DNA from: Octopus vulgaris | Lineage: Eukaryota | Assembly: GCA_951406725.2 (NCBI GenBank) | Contig: OX597823.1 | Coordinates: 25,172,001 to 25,236,000, forward strand | DNA: 64,000 nt | Direction of reading: 5' to 3' | Part shown: positions 37,005-50,491 of the stretch, piece after piece | How the letters are laid out: every line of letters starts with the position of its first letter | Position numbering within the stretch: the stretch's first letter is position 1 | The notes under the pieces: generated by a model | Told to the model about the DNA's origin: nothing | Databases searched by the model: none | The model's input: only the letters and a program-made list of their open reading frames with translations | Made by a program: the position numbers and the translations under genes

Positions 37005-37190
37005 AAGGCAGTGAGCTAGCAGAATCGTTAGCATGCTAGACAAAATGATCAAATTCTGCTGAGGTCGACTTTGCCTTTCATCCTTTTGGGGTTGATAAAT
37101 TAAGTACCAGTTGAGTACTGGGGTTTATGTAATCGACTGTCACCCTCTCCCAAATTTCAGGCCTTGTGCCTATAGTAGAAAGGATTATTT
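37005..37190 (+). mobile_element. tRNA-derived SINE (second family)
   Basis: aggcagtgagctagcagaatcgttagc...gtcgactttgcctttcatccttttggggttgataaattaagtaccag...gtgcctatagtagaaaggattatt. Confidence 0.8.
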
Positions 37191-37407
37191 TAAATCTTTC
37201 CCTGAACAGACTTTACAAATTGACCAAGATAGTGAAACAAATGACTTACAGTTGTCCTAATTAAGACATGACCCAGTAAGTGTGTGTGTATTTATATGTA
37301 CCTACATACCTGAGAAATATATATATATACATAGAGAGCTATATAAAGACCAATGAATATCTTGCTGAATTCTGCAAAAGATGTAGAAACTTCCACATTT
37401 CATATGA

Positions 37408-37760
37408 TTGTGCTGGTGGCACATAAAACGCTCTATCCAAATGTGATTGAGGCCAAGCCTGCCTGACTGGCTCCCATGCTGGTATAAAGCACCATCCGAA
37501 TGTGGCTGATGCCAGTACCCACTGACTGGTTCCTGTGCCAGTGACACGTAAAAAGACCTTTCTGAATGTGGTTGATGCCAGGCCTGCCTGACTGGCTCCT
37601 GTGTCAGTAGCATGTAAAAAGCACCATCTGAACAAGGCCATACCAGTACTCCCTGGCTGGTTCCCATGCCAGTGGCGTGTAAAAAGCACTATCTGAATGT
37701 GATCAGTGCCAGGCCTATCTGACTGGCTCCTGTGGCGGCGGCACGTAAAAAGCATCCACT
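37408..37760 (+). repeat. Tandem repeat of about six copies of a ~59-bp unit at the 5' side of a retroposon
   Basis: Unit approximates ctgactggctcctgtgccagtggcacgtaaaaagcaccatctgaatgtggttgatgccaggcctgc. Confidence 0.85.
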
Positions 37761-37915
37761 ATACTCTCGGAGTAGTTGGCGTTAGGAAGAGCATCCAGCT
37801 GTAGAAACATCGCCAGATCAGATTGGTGCCTGGTGCAGCTACTGGCTCTCCAGACCTCAGTCAAACCGTCCAACCCATGCCAGCATGGAAAATGGATGTT
37901 AAATGATGATGATGA
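37760..37915 (+). mobile_element. SINE/RTE-type 3' tail ending in (GAT)n
   Basis: ...aaaccgtccaacccatgccagcatggaaaatggatgttaaatgatgatgat. The same tail occurs at 31590-31650 and 46260-46340, and reversed at 24020-24065. Confidence 0.75.
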
Positions 37916-38190
37916 TATATATATAACATTCATTTACAACATTATGCAATGTGAAGACAAGGCCATACACACACATACATATCTTATCTGAAATATATAT
38001 TGGCTAACTCTGAGTATAATGTTAAGTAATTGGATTGTTACATAAAACTCCATTGTATTCCTTGCGCAAAACCAATTGGTAAGATCAGTTGTGATGAATA
38101 TATAATACAAAATATTTTGGATAATATACCCACTCTATTGACAGATATACAAGTGCATCTCCCTGGCTTATGGTTTCTTAAATGACTCGC

Positions 38191-38237
<47 letters not shown>

Positions 38238-38250
38238 CACACACACACAC

Positions 38251-38299
<49 letters not shown>

Positions 38300-39403
38300 T
38301 ATGTATGTGTGAGTGTGTGTATGCTCGTGTCTCCATGTCTTCACATTATGTAATGCTGTAAATGGATCTTCTTCATTTTCAATATTCTGTGAAAACATGT
38401 TTGGTCATAGGGAAATATTACCTTGCTTGGAAGTAGGTAAGGGTTGGCAAAAGGAAGGGTATCTGGCTGCCAAAAATCTGCCTCACTAAACTCTGACCCA
38501 TGAAAATGATGATGATGATTTGTGTGTGTATGTGTGTGGTTAAGACTACAGAAAGTGGACACAAGCTAAGACGCAATGAAACAGAAATTATGAACTTTTT
38601 TGTGGGGAAAGACAGGAAGATTTCAGAACCTGTCACTGTGGCACTTTAACCTTAAGTTTATTTTAAAACAAAGCAAACCAGTATAGAATGTTTTCTCTGT
38701 TTGTCTGTCTGTCTCTCTCTCTTTCACACACACACACACACACATTTATATACATGTATATGTGCATGCAGTCACACTGGCCAGTTTGTTTGAAAAAAGA
38801 TAAAGTAATGATAAATCATGCTAAGCTTAAAAACCTTAATTTTTGGAAATAACGTGCGCGCGTGCACACACACACACACACTATCAAACTAAAATTCCTA
38901 ATTTATCTTTTCCATTTTAAATGTTATTATTCTATTCATCTGTCTGTCTCTCCTTTTTTCTCTCTCTGAACAGCTGTACAGAATAGAATCTGTTATCTAA
39001 CTGGAAAGTACATATATTGTGGTTATCTGTGGTGGTTGTTAGTATTGTATGACTGACCTCATTCACTCTTTTTTCAGTGGATCTGTACGAATGATGATTA
39101 ACTTTAAATGAATATATCTACCCCTAGATATGTTGAGAGGGGAAATTAACCTCACCCCTGCAAGATAACATAATACTCAATGTCACTCTGCTACAGTATT
39201 GAAATATACCAATGTCTAATACTTACCTGAAGTAATGGATTGTGCCACTGAGAGGTACCTACTTGATGTGGTTGGTTATATTATGCATGACCAGCATTCA
39301 ACAGTGAGTTATGTCTGTGTGGAACCTACTTACTGCTGTGAGTTATATCACCATGTGGGACCTATTTACAGCATATGGTACATACAGTAATGAGATATAC
39401 TAC

Positions 39404-40253
39404 TATGTTGAGTCAAAAGTTTGCAATATTTTGGTAACTTATTTGATTTATTCATTAAGTCACAACAAAAGCAGCTTAGCATTCAAAGTAGAGGCCATCA
39501 TTTTACACCATATGAAGCCACCTGTTTGCCAGTTCTTTGATCCTATGCTGACACCAGTTCTTGTCCTTCGAGACAACTTCTTCATAGAAGCTTCCACTTC
39601 CTCTTGGTTGATGAAGTGTTGCAAAGGCAGGAATTAAGCCATGGATCAGAACAAGTAATAATGCAAGGAAGATATCTTTCCACAATACTAATGTGCATGA
39701 GCAGAAATTAAGCAAAGACCAGCTTTCGGAACCTGTTGCCAAACATGAGTTTCAAACACAGGAGATGCTCTGCACCTGGTGGAATTATGAGGTGATAATT
39801 CACTATAAGTTTTTCAGACAGTCAAACCATTGATGCCAACCCGTATTTCGAACAGCTGGAGTGGATGTATGCCATTTTGCAGCAAAACTACCCAACATTG
39901 GTTAACAGAAAATGACTCCAGAATAAACTCCAGGAACTTGAGGGGATCAAACTGATTCTAAACCCAATATATATTCTGGACCTAGCTCCCTCAGATTATT
40001 ACTTATGATCCATGGCTCACTTCCTCTGCTTGTGATGCTTCATCAACCAAGAGGAGGTAGAAGCTTCAGTGAAGGTCTTCACTCTGAAGGACAAGTACTG
40101 GTATCAATGTAGGATCAAAGAACTAGCAGAGAGGTGGCTTCAGATGGTACAGCATGATGGCCTTTACATTGAATGTTAGGCTGCTTTTGTTGCAACTTGA
40201 TGAATAGAGCAAATAAGTTGCAAAAATATTGCAAAACGTTTGACTACACAATA
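39404..40253 (+). pseudogene. Internally deleted mariner transposon
   Basis: TIRs tatgttgagtcaaaagtttgcaatattt / aatattgcaaaacgtttgactacacaata. Decayed WWNY, YPTLVNRK, DLAPSDYYL and IKELAERW motifs. Confidence 0.85.
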
Positions 40254-40675
40254 TCCCTTGATACCCTATATATATCAGGGAGATATACCAATCTGTGCTA
40301 CCTCCTACTGCAGTGAAATATAGTCAAATAAGATACAGGGCTACATACAGCAGTGGGATGTACCACCATGTAGTATACATTTGGAGCACTCTTCCTTGAA
40401 AATGTATGGCTTAGTTGTCAGGCTCATTCCAGTGGTTCTACTTTACAATCTGTCTATTAGTAGTTAGTTCTACACTATGACTGACTACTTGAAACCTGAT
40501 GAGACTCAACAGTTTAAAGAGCCAGTAATTTTTGTTGCTATTTTTATCCTGAAAATTTGTGATTATGTTCTTAGATATTATTGAATGGATGATTTCTGAG
40601 ATCAGGAGTTCAAATCCAAGACTAAGTACTTATTTTGGGCTAGGATCTTACACATGAACATGACAAGTGTTTATA

Positions 40676-40798
40676 CGAGGGGTGTGTGAAAAGTCTTGAG
40701 CCTCAAAAAAACAAAACATGGTACAAAACTGCTGATGAAGGTACAAGACTTCAAGTCTCAAAGGCCTTGAAGACTCAAAACTTTTCATACACTCCTCA
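40676..40798. mobile_element. Mariner-derived MITE
   Basis: TA|cgaggggtgtgtgaaaagtcttgag...ctcaaaacttttcatacactcctca|TA. Confidence 0.75.
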
Positions 40799-40984
40799 TA
40801 TATGTGTGTGTATGTATAAAAGCAAACAACCCAACAACTGTTTAAATTATTTTAGTTTCTGAAATGGTGAAATGTAAGTAATTTAGTATAATTAGTTTTA
40901 TAAACTAATTTCCATTTTGTCACTATTTAGATGTTCCCATTTTCCTCAAGGATTAAACAAAGACTGACTGAATTATCCCCTTAA

Positions 40985-41202
40985 CTCTTTAGCATTCAGA
41001 TTAATCTGACAAATATAGTAATTATTTACTTGCATTGTTTTGAATTAATCAGGCATTATCTCATAGCTTTGAGATTTTGATGAAGTGTTTGTTTATTTTT
41101 AGAACACCATCATTGCGTATGTTTCAGAGGTCAGATCTGGTTGGTTTGAACATAAAACAAAGAACATATGGGCCAGATATAGCCAGTTTAAATACTAAAG
41201 TG
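40985..41202. mobile_element. piggyBac-like MITE
   Basis: TTAA|ctctttagcatt...aatactaaagtg|TTAA. A related fragment lies at about 27800-27870. Confidence 0.7.
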
Positions 41203-42399
41203 TTAAAGAATAAGTTATTCTTATTACCATCCTGTCCAAAGGAAAATACCATTTTCACTACCATTATGCCTGAAAAAATGGTCATGTTTGAAATATCTTG
41301 ATCAAGGCTGACATGAGTCTGAACTACAAGTATCCACATCTCTGTTCATTATCACTCTTTATTGTTGTGACTTAGGCACCAGGGCCAGTGTGTATTCTTA
41401 ATGACATATTTCAAAAACAACTGTGCCTTATCCATCATAAGCATACATATGCCTGCATACATACGCCTGCATACACACATTCACATACATGTACACACAT
41501 ACATATACACATGAAGGAAAGCCAAGGAGGGAACCTCTACCTGGTTACTCAACCTACTAGAAATAGCAGTCAAATTTTCTTTTGAATTGCACTTGATCAT
41601 CTTTAAGAAGAGAAAATTCATATAATGTAATTTGAGATTGACTGGAAAAGAAAAGAAAATAATTATAGCAGGCATGGCTGTGTGGCTGTGAAGCTTGCTT
41701 CCCAATCATGTGGTTTCAGGTTCAGTACCTTTGTATGGCACTTTGGGCAAGTGCCTTCTATTATAGTTCCACAACAACCAAAGCCATATGAAGGGATTTT
41801 GTAGATGGAAACTGAAGGGTACCTGTTTTCTTTATGTGAACAAATTCATATTTTTCATGTCTTCATGCGTGTTTGTCAGTTGTAAACATTGGCATAGCAT
41901 TGCAAATGGTGTTGTTTGCAGTCACTGCAAAAGTATGGTTGGGTTTCTTGGTATGTGTTGCTTAATCTTTGTAAACAAAAGGCTCATTTGTGCAATGTCA
42001 TTCATTTCCAGTTCTCCACTTAACCATGCCTGGGTTGTTTGTTGCTCAAGAAAGTAGGGGATCATTATCTTGTTCGGAAACAGGTGAGGATTGGCATCAC
42101 ATAAAGTATTTTGCCTTAGAAACCAGTTCACTTTCCATTCAAGGAATCGAAAAGTGGATGTTAAAATGATATTGGTGCTGATGGGTGGAATTAATGCTGA
42201 CCTAAGGTTAATCAGTACCACAACCACCACACTGCTACAGTATCAACCTACGAAGGAACAGATGGGTAGACTGACTGATATAACAAAGTGTCAACAATTA
42301 AGGAAGTAGGCACCAGAGACCTAATCAGAGTAATTAACAGTGATTTATTTAAAATTAAATTTAGTCCTACTTGATATCATTATCACTTATTGGTGATAA

Positions 42400-42778
42400 T
42401 GTTCATTATCATCATCATTGCCATTGTCACTTTTAGTACTTTTACTATCATCATCATCGTCATTGCAATCCCATCACTGTCAGAACTTCTAATACCACTG
42501 TCAATACTACCATTACTGCCACTACTAACATTGCCAACACTACTGTCACACTAACACCACTGCCAACACTACTACCACAAATACTACCACTGTCAACAGT
42601 GCCACTATTACCACTGCAGATACAACTTCCACTGTCACCATTGTCAACACTACAACCATTGCCATCACTATCACTACAGCCACTAACTTTCACGCTACCT
42701 TTATTACTATCACTGCTACCATGATTACCACTACCACTGACACCACCACCATTGCTATCACCACTACCATCATAATTA
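42400..42778. repeat. Degenerate trinucleotide repeat (CAT/CAC/TAC)n
   Basis: Direct reading. Explains the Gly/Ser-rich minus-strand ORF. Confidence 0.85.
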
Positions 42779-44059
42779 TATAACTTCCTCCTAGACTGAA
42801 AACAATGATGTTTAAATTTAACATAGATTTTCATTAGACGAAAACTTGTAGTTATTGCTGTAATGCTATGATTCAGTAAGAAACTATGCTGCTGCCAGCT
42901 TGTCAAATCAAGTTTTCATATCAGTTCATATCTTTAAAATGTGATTCATTTTGATTAAACATCAGCTGGCCCAGTCAGTTGTCAGTCAAGGTTTGAAGGA
43001 AAAACTGGCACACCTCTTTCCTCAATTTCACATGGCTTTGTGTGTGGGTGGGGCACTGTCCTCTTTTATTCATTAGTCATAATACACACACACATAGTTA
43101 CATATACCCACATATACATATGATTACATATACACATACACACATAAAACTATGCATTCTCTCTCTCTCTTTCAAACACACACACTACACTCTCATGCAC
43201 AAACAAACATGCACCACTCTCTCTGATAAATTGTGAACTATTTCATTTATTCATTTTGATATCAACCTGCCTCAAGCTACCCCTGGTTCTATGGTTCTCT
43301 AATCTAAAAATTTCCATCAAATTTTCATGTTAATTTATGTTCTAAGCACCAGCTTGATAATGTGAAGTTACTTATTTTGCTAACTTCTTTATTACTTTCA
43401 AAATTAGTTGCAACAGATGTAGGATATTTCAACAAAAATATAGCACCAGAAAATTTCTTTTGCTAAATTTCTTTTTCTAAAGAACAATCTGTGATGATGT
43501 GTGTTAGCAAAAACATTTAATAAAATTTGTAAAATAAGTTTGTGTGGCATATCTTCTCAACATAGACCAATTCAGTAAATTCCTCCTTCTCCATACTTTT
43601 GCCTACCAAGCACTTAATCAAGTCCTTCTTCCCCATAACTACACATGTTCAAACTGAACAGTAATAATGTCAACAGTCTATGAAAATCTGCACAGGTCAT
43701 CTAAGTATAAAAACAAAAAAGTGAAATTTTGATTTTAAGGTAGGTGCTAAATGAACTGTATAAATGGAAGGAGTCTATTCTGAATCTTAAGAACTCACTT
43801 ATGATACAAAATTATTTAAATATTCTTCATGGATTTTTTAATGTTAAGGTTGCTTTTTTAATGATTACCTAGACATCATCAAACATGTTCTTCCTTGCTT
43901 CACATACCATGCCTGTTGGCATCTATTAGGCCTTAGTCTGAAATTTCATGACTTTTCATGGAAAAGGCACAGCTGTAATTTCTTGTTGCCTTTTGTCAGT
44001 TTATTTGCAGTTTACTTTGTTAGACTCTCCTCAGTAGCACTTTTATTCTTTATAATTCT

Positions 44060-44220
44060 TGAGGTTTTATATAATAAATGAGTTTTGGACCCTCCATAGA
44101 AATTTTTGTTTGCTGATGACCAGGTTCTTGCAGAGTCTATTGAAAAGTTGCAGAGAAAGTTCCATACTTGGAAGCATGGCTTAGAGTCCAAAGATCTCAA
44201 GTTCAACATGTGGAGGATGG
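44060..44220 (+). mobile_element. Short RTE-type reverse transcriptase fragment
   Basis: Reads roughly FADDQVLAESIEKLQRKFHTWKHGLESKDLKFN (YADD-box region). Confidence 0.6.
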
Positions 44221-47200
44221 AAAGAAATAAAGTGACTGACCTATGATTAGAGCATTCCAACCATGACCATCCCATCTTTTCTTATGAGCAGACAACTCAA
44301 GATCGCATTATCCTAGGTCCTTTAAAAAATAAAAATAAACACTAGGATGTGATTTGAGAGAGCTTTGACTGCTATTTTTAGCAGGTCAAACGACCACAAA
44401 GCGACTCCTTCATTGACTTAATGATGATGGTGGTGATGAAAAATATGTATGATTAGACAAGAATTTAATTCAAATTCTTTGAATGATTTGCTTTGCATAA
44501 AATTTCTGATAAAATTCTTGGAAAACTGCCAATAAAACTTCACATTGCTCAAGAAACTTACTGTGATAATCTTATGTATGAACTTTTTGTAAAGTTATAT
44601 TCTAAACACTAGTTTAATAACAACACTAGTTATTTTATTAAAACTCCCCAAATTCTTGATTAGTTTCAAGATTAATTGAAAGACATAAGTGGTATATACC
44701 ATTAGAAAATTGGTTTTAAAAGAGTAAAATGGTTCTGTTTAGTTAACTGTAATTAAGAACCAGAACATAATGTTGTTTAGAATTGTAAGTAGTAGAGGCT
44801 CTGTGTAAATAATGATTATTTTATTAGGTTGTAGTACTGAATTCAAAACCTAGCACCAGGATAATTTGGAAGAAGGGAACCAACAGCTAGCTTGATACAC
44901 TGGAAAATACATGTCAAAGAAATACTTCATAGTAAAATTGAGAAGAAAATCTTTCTATGAACATTTAGATATAATTACTGAAAAAAATTGTTTTATATTT
45001 ATTACAAAAATAACTATAAATGTTTAGTTTTTTTAAAATTAATTTTGTTTTATGCCAGAACATAAAGAAAAGCATTGCAAGTGAGAGGTATCTACCATCA
45101 AAACTGACCATAGTTTGAGATTGCAGTTATGATTAAAAAAACAACGTAATTTCTTTAATAATATGTTGTCAAACGTAGGTCTTGTATATGTCATAACTTC
45201 CTAGTTAGAGGAAGTTTATAATTATAGCTTTTGATTATTCATACCATTTTGGACAACGATGCCAACCTTTTATAAAGAAATGGTGGCAACAAGATAAAAT
45301 AATGGTGTTTTAAGGGTAGTATTATTTTTTTGTTTTTCTGTTACTTTATATTTTATTATGTGAGAAATTTTAATTAGTGGCTTTGTCAGAAATCATTGTA
45401 AAATAATTACTATTATTATTAATGGCTGTAAGCTTGCAGAATTATTAGTATGCTGGACAAAATGCTTAGCAGAAATTTGTCCATCTTTACAATCTGGTTC
45501 AAATTCTGCCAAGGTTGGCTTTGTCTTTCATCCTTTCGGGATCAATAAAATAAGTACCAGTCAAGTACAGGGGTCAATGTAATTGATTAACTCTTTCCTC
45601 TCAAAATTTCAGGTCTTGTGCCTAAAGAAGAAAAGGTTATTATTAGAGCAGTGGCGTGCAGTAGTGGACTGACAGAATTGATAGAATAGCAGACAAAATA
45701 CTAAGTGTTTACATAAAGGTAAACTGATTGTATACCTTTATAGTCTGAGTTTAAACCCCAATGATGTCAACTTTATCTTTCATAGGTCAAGTAATGAAGC
45801 CAATATAACTACCATTTTGAAACCTTGTGTCTAAGTTTGAAATTATTACAGCAGCATTGATTATAATAATAAGCATTGAAGATTATTATACAGAGTAAAC
45901 TCCAATAATCTGTGAGCTTCCTCATTGTAGCTATATTATTATGTAACAACCATAATGTCAATGTTTCATTTTTTTAAACCTATTTTTACTAGTTTTTTAA
46001 CTTGTTCTAAAATTATAATCTTCATGTTCACATTGGGAAAAACATAGAAAAAGTACTCCAACATAAGATTATGATTTTTTTTACAAATATGCAAATCTTT
46101 AGATCTCCAACCATCATTAGTATTTTATTCCTGAGGATGAATATTATCTGAGACTAGTTGCAAACTATAAATCTGGAAATAAACACCTGATGATGATCAA
46201 AAATGAAACTGGTTAAAATGTTGTGTAGATTTAGATATATTGTAATGGTGCAGGCTCTTGTCTTGCCAGCTCCTGTCTCACTATCCAACCCATGCCAGCA
46301 TGGAAGGAGGATATTAAACGATGATGATGATGATGATGGTGATGATGGTGAAAGATGTGTTTAACTGTTGAGAAAAATATAAATTCTATTAAAACTTATC
46401 TCAAACATTTATGTTCATTAATTCCAACACATTTGCCTGGAATACTATTACAAAACCAATAGAAAATATATAAGAAAGAGAATAGGATGATTATGAAAAA
46501 AGAAATATACACAAACTCCTTCCCTTAAAGAAGAATGTAGAGTAGTTGATCTTTTCCATTACTTTTCTTACAAACAAAAATCATGTTTTGGTTATAAAGA
46601 AAGTAATGAGGTGACAAAATGGCAGAGTTATTGTATTGTCAGATAGAATACTTCATGATATTTGTTCAAATCTTTGTGCTTTGAGTTCAAATTTTGCCAA
46701 GGTCAACTTTGTCTTTCATTTTTTTAATGTTGGTAACTAAAATACTAGAATGTGAAAATGTTGGACAAAAGGTCTATGGTATTTGTTCCAATTATCTGTG
46801 ATTTGACTTTAAATCCTACCACAGGGTGTAGACTAATCCATTATCTGATTTAACACTAAAACTTGGCACCTTGGTTATTTTATCAGAGTCCATTCTAATG
46901 CAAGCATTTCAGCCAGATCTCTAGTTTAAGGATACTTTTCTCTCTACTTCTCATTGATCTTTGAGGCCTTGTAATGAGTTACAAGCCATCGCCGTTCCTG
47001 CTGGTTAAAAGATTAAAGAGTCCACCAGAGATACAATGTAATATATAGTAAACTGACTGACTAAGGGACTTATGAAGATGATAGTTGCACAGGTGTATTT
47101 GTAAGTGGAAGCACCAATGATATGCTGGGAGGGTTCACCAGACAATAGTTTCCACCAGGTGAGTGAGCCAAGTTGTACTGCAGGCTGTTATATTAAAAGC

Positions 47201-47682
47201 ATAATATCTAGTGTAAGGAAGGAATGGTGTTCTGGTAATACTGAGAATTCCTATTTAATTGACTGCAATACAAGGAAAACAACCACATATCTCTCCAATC
47301 AGAACAAATTATAAGTCTTTAAAAAATATCTCATGATGTTATCCAAAATACACCATATCCTGATCATAAGACTGTTTATTCAGGGTTAATCTGGGGTTAG
47401 ACAACAACAGCAAAGAGTTTCTTAATGAAAAAGGAAAACTGTTAAGAAGGATGTTTAAAAATCTTATTGTATGGTAGGAGACATGAATGTTGAATAAGAA
47501 GATCTCCAGGAGTAGAAGAGAAATATAATGGATACAATCTTATTAGACAAATACACTGAGAGAGTGGCTGGGCAAGGCAGAGTAGATATTAGTTGAAATG
47601 AGCATTGAAAACAATACCATTGGTAATGTGATATAATCCTACTTACCTACATATCTACCTACCTACTTATGCATCTAACTAA

Positions 47683-47729
<47 letters not shown>

Positions 47730-49359
47730 GCTACCTAGCTATCTGTCTATCTGCCTGCCTGTCTGTCTGTCATGATAAATAGATATATAGCTAGCTAGCT
47801 AGATAGTTTGATAGATAGATAGATAAATAGATAGATAGATAGGTGGATTACTGGGAAACTGTCCAGAAGTAAGAGAGGAATGCATTGGACACGATCATAT
47901 TACACAAATGAACTGAGAGAGTGACAGAACATGAAAGATATTAATTGAAGTGGTTAGTAGAGACAACACTGTTGGTACAGACAAAGATGATTCCTAGTTG
48001 AAGATGTTTTGGGGACTTCAGGTGGAAAGAACCCACGGCAAAAAAAAAAAATATCAAGAAAAACAATTGTTTAGCCTGAAATCAGCCCTGATCGAGCAAT
48101 GAGATCCAATATCGAAAGCAATCCATCCATGACAATCACCTTTGTTTTCAGGTATAGTGGAGAAAAACCTAAAATAAATGATGTTATGGGAGATTTGATT
48201 GCTATTTCTAGCATTTCGTACAACATTATACGGGCTGTATTTTTGGCTCATGAGGAGATTTGTTACGGAAGATATGAGGAAGAAATGATAACTTTGAAGC
48301 AAATGGTAATATGCAGTACATTCAATCTAAATTAATACGAAACGGTTCTAATCTAAGGGAAATAAATCCTATGCATGGGAGGTAACTCGGTCTAATCCTA
48401 ACATTTTCCGATGCTTTACAGCATATTTCAAGCGAAGTGCATTGAGGTTACGAGTCATAGAAAATCTTCTTAAAGAAGTTAACGAGGCATATGTAATGAA
48501 TGATTCAGACGGAGTTTATCTATACATGACACTCAGTGTTATTAACATTTTATATAATGAATGAAATGACAAAACAGTTCTGTTTCCTAAAACTGCTTTT
48601 TCAATGTAAAAACCAGGTAAGCAATTTTAGCTATTATACGTTAAAAGCTTTTAATATTTCTTCCGTGTATTTGTTTGAAAATTCATTTGAAATGAGATCG
48701 TGGTGTGTCGAAACTAGAAAAAAAAACAGAAGAAAAGAAACAAAACAAAAAAGATGTATTCTGAAAATATTTCATTTTGCATTTTCGTATTTTATTACAT
48801 AGTAGGAATAGAGTGGAATTTCCACGGATATTTTGAAAATTGTAAGATGTAATTCGATATTTTTCTGAACTATTTGACGTTTGAGATTGCATAAAAGACA
48901 ACATAGATAAAACTAAAAGTGGAATCCGAAGAAACAAGGTCTCTATACTTTCTATATTCTAGTGTGTTTTACTTTGTAAGTTTTATCTATCAATTTTCGC
49001 TTTATGTAAAGAAGTAAACTATCTTTAAAAGAGAATAACATTGAAAATATCATTTATAATATTCTCTAACTATATGTTGCTAAAGCTTTTACAGAACTTT
49101 GTACATTTATTTGATGAAAAAAACCCACTAAAACCACCTTACTTAAAACGTTGTCACTCTTTCTCTTTACGTCAATTGTCGTCCATATTTGTCTATTTGA
49201 GCAGACGACAATTGATTGTGCAAACGCGCATGCGTTAAATGATAGCCGATAAAAACCAGACAGAAAACGACCCTTCACTGTCCAACCGCCACGTCCATAA
49301 TCGAATATTCCTTGTAATTACTATTAGCACCCACTTCATTATCTATCCATCTATCTATG

Positions 49360-49605
<246 letters not shown>

Positions 49606-49769
49606 TGTCAGTTAGTTTGATAGATAGATAGATAGATAGATAAATAAATTAATAGATAAATAGGCACTGATCTATCTACCAGTATATATAACCGCGCCAC
49701 CATCTATCAGTCGGTCCACCTGTTCATCCGCCCGTCTTTTCATCAATCTCTTGTTTTTTCCATGAAGAA

Positions 49770-50230
49770 GGAAACAGCTGCCATTTTCTACCCCTCCACC
49801 CACGATAAAGCAGCCTTATGACCATGTTTATCAAATGGCGTGTCTTGCATTATATGATATGTATTCTTTAAGATTTCATCTATAATTAGAGGATTATGCA
49901 GATGTTCTTCCCAGTAAAGCAGTCGCCCACATACAGGAGTCTATTGTTACTAGATACGACTTTCCTTCATTACACTAAACTGTATGTATTCTCTACAGCT
50001 ACCTGTTGTACTAATAGGGCCATTTATTTAATAAAACTATTGACTATGTCTGGTGAACACTTAAAGCAGTACATGCACTTCCTTTCGTTGATGCTTCAAC
50101 TTACAGCTGCTTCTGTGTAATTATCCACTTCATATAAAGTCCTCAGTTTGTTAGTTCACGATATATTTATCACATTGCTTTTCTTGTGGTGTTTTAAAAA
50201 CTTTTAGACAGGAAAAAAGCTCTGGCTGAT
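49770..50230 (-). repeat. Inverted copy of part of the duplication unit
   Basis: Reverse complement of about 61450-61880 (and 57520-57690), for example ttatcaaatggcgtgtc vs gacacgccatttgataa. Confidence 0.85.
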
Positions 50231-50395
50231 GGATGGAGGACGGATGGATAGATGGAAAGACGGGTGGATGGATTGAGAGACCGACAGACAGACGGATTGT
50301 TGAAAAAACGGGGACGGATTGATCGATGGGTAAAAAGACAGGTGGACGGACTGATCGATGGAGGGGCGCATATATATTTTAGTAGGAAGATCACA

Positions 50396-50475
<80 letters not shown>

Positions 50476-50491
50476 GTCTGTCTGTCTGTCT

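Noticed and set aside
37408-37760. CRISPR-like periodic repeat
   Set aside because: Units are contiguous with no unique spacers, there are no cas genes, and the context is eukaryotic.
42460-42906. 148-aa Gly/Ser-rich ORF
   Set aside because: Artefact of the degenerate trinucleotide repeat.
46187-46214. CTGATGA...GAAAC hammerhead-like motif
   Set aside because: Stems I-III do not pair and it overlaps a (GAT)n run, so it is likely chance.
47860-47900. EECIGH resembling a Mutator transposase ECxGH motif
   Set aside because: The following residues do not match (no VQKR), and paralog comparison favours another frame.
50252-50491. N-terminal extension of the 280-aa ORF (YLSI repeats fused to LINE ORF2)
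   Set aside because: (CTAT)n happens to be stop-free in this frame. There is no evidence of a real chimeric protein. The same applies to the other YLSI/VCLS/CV-repeat ORFs.
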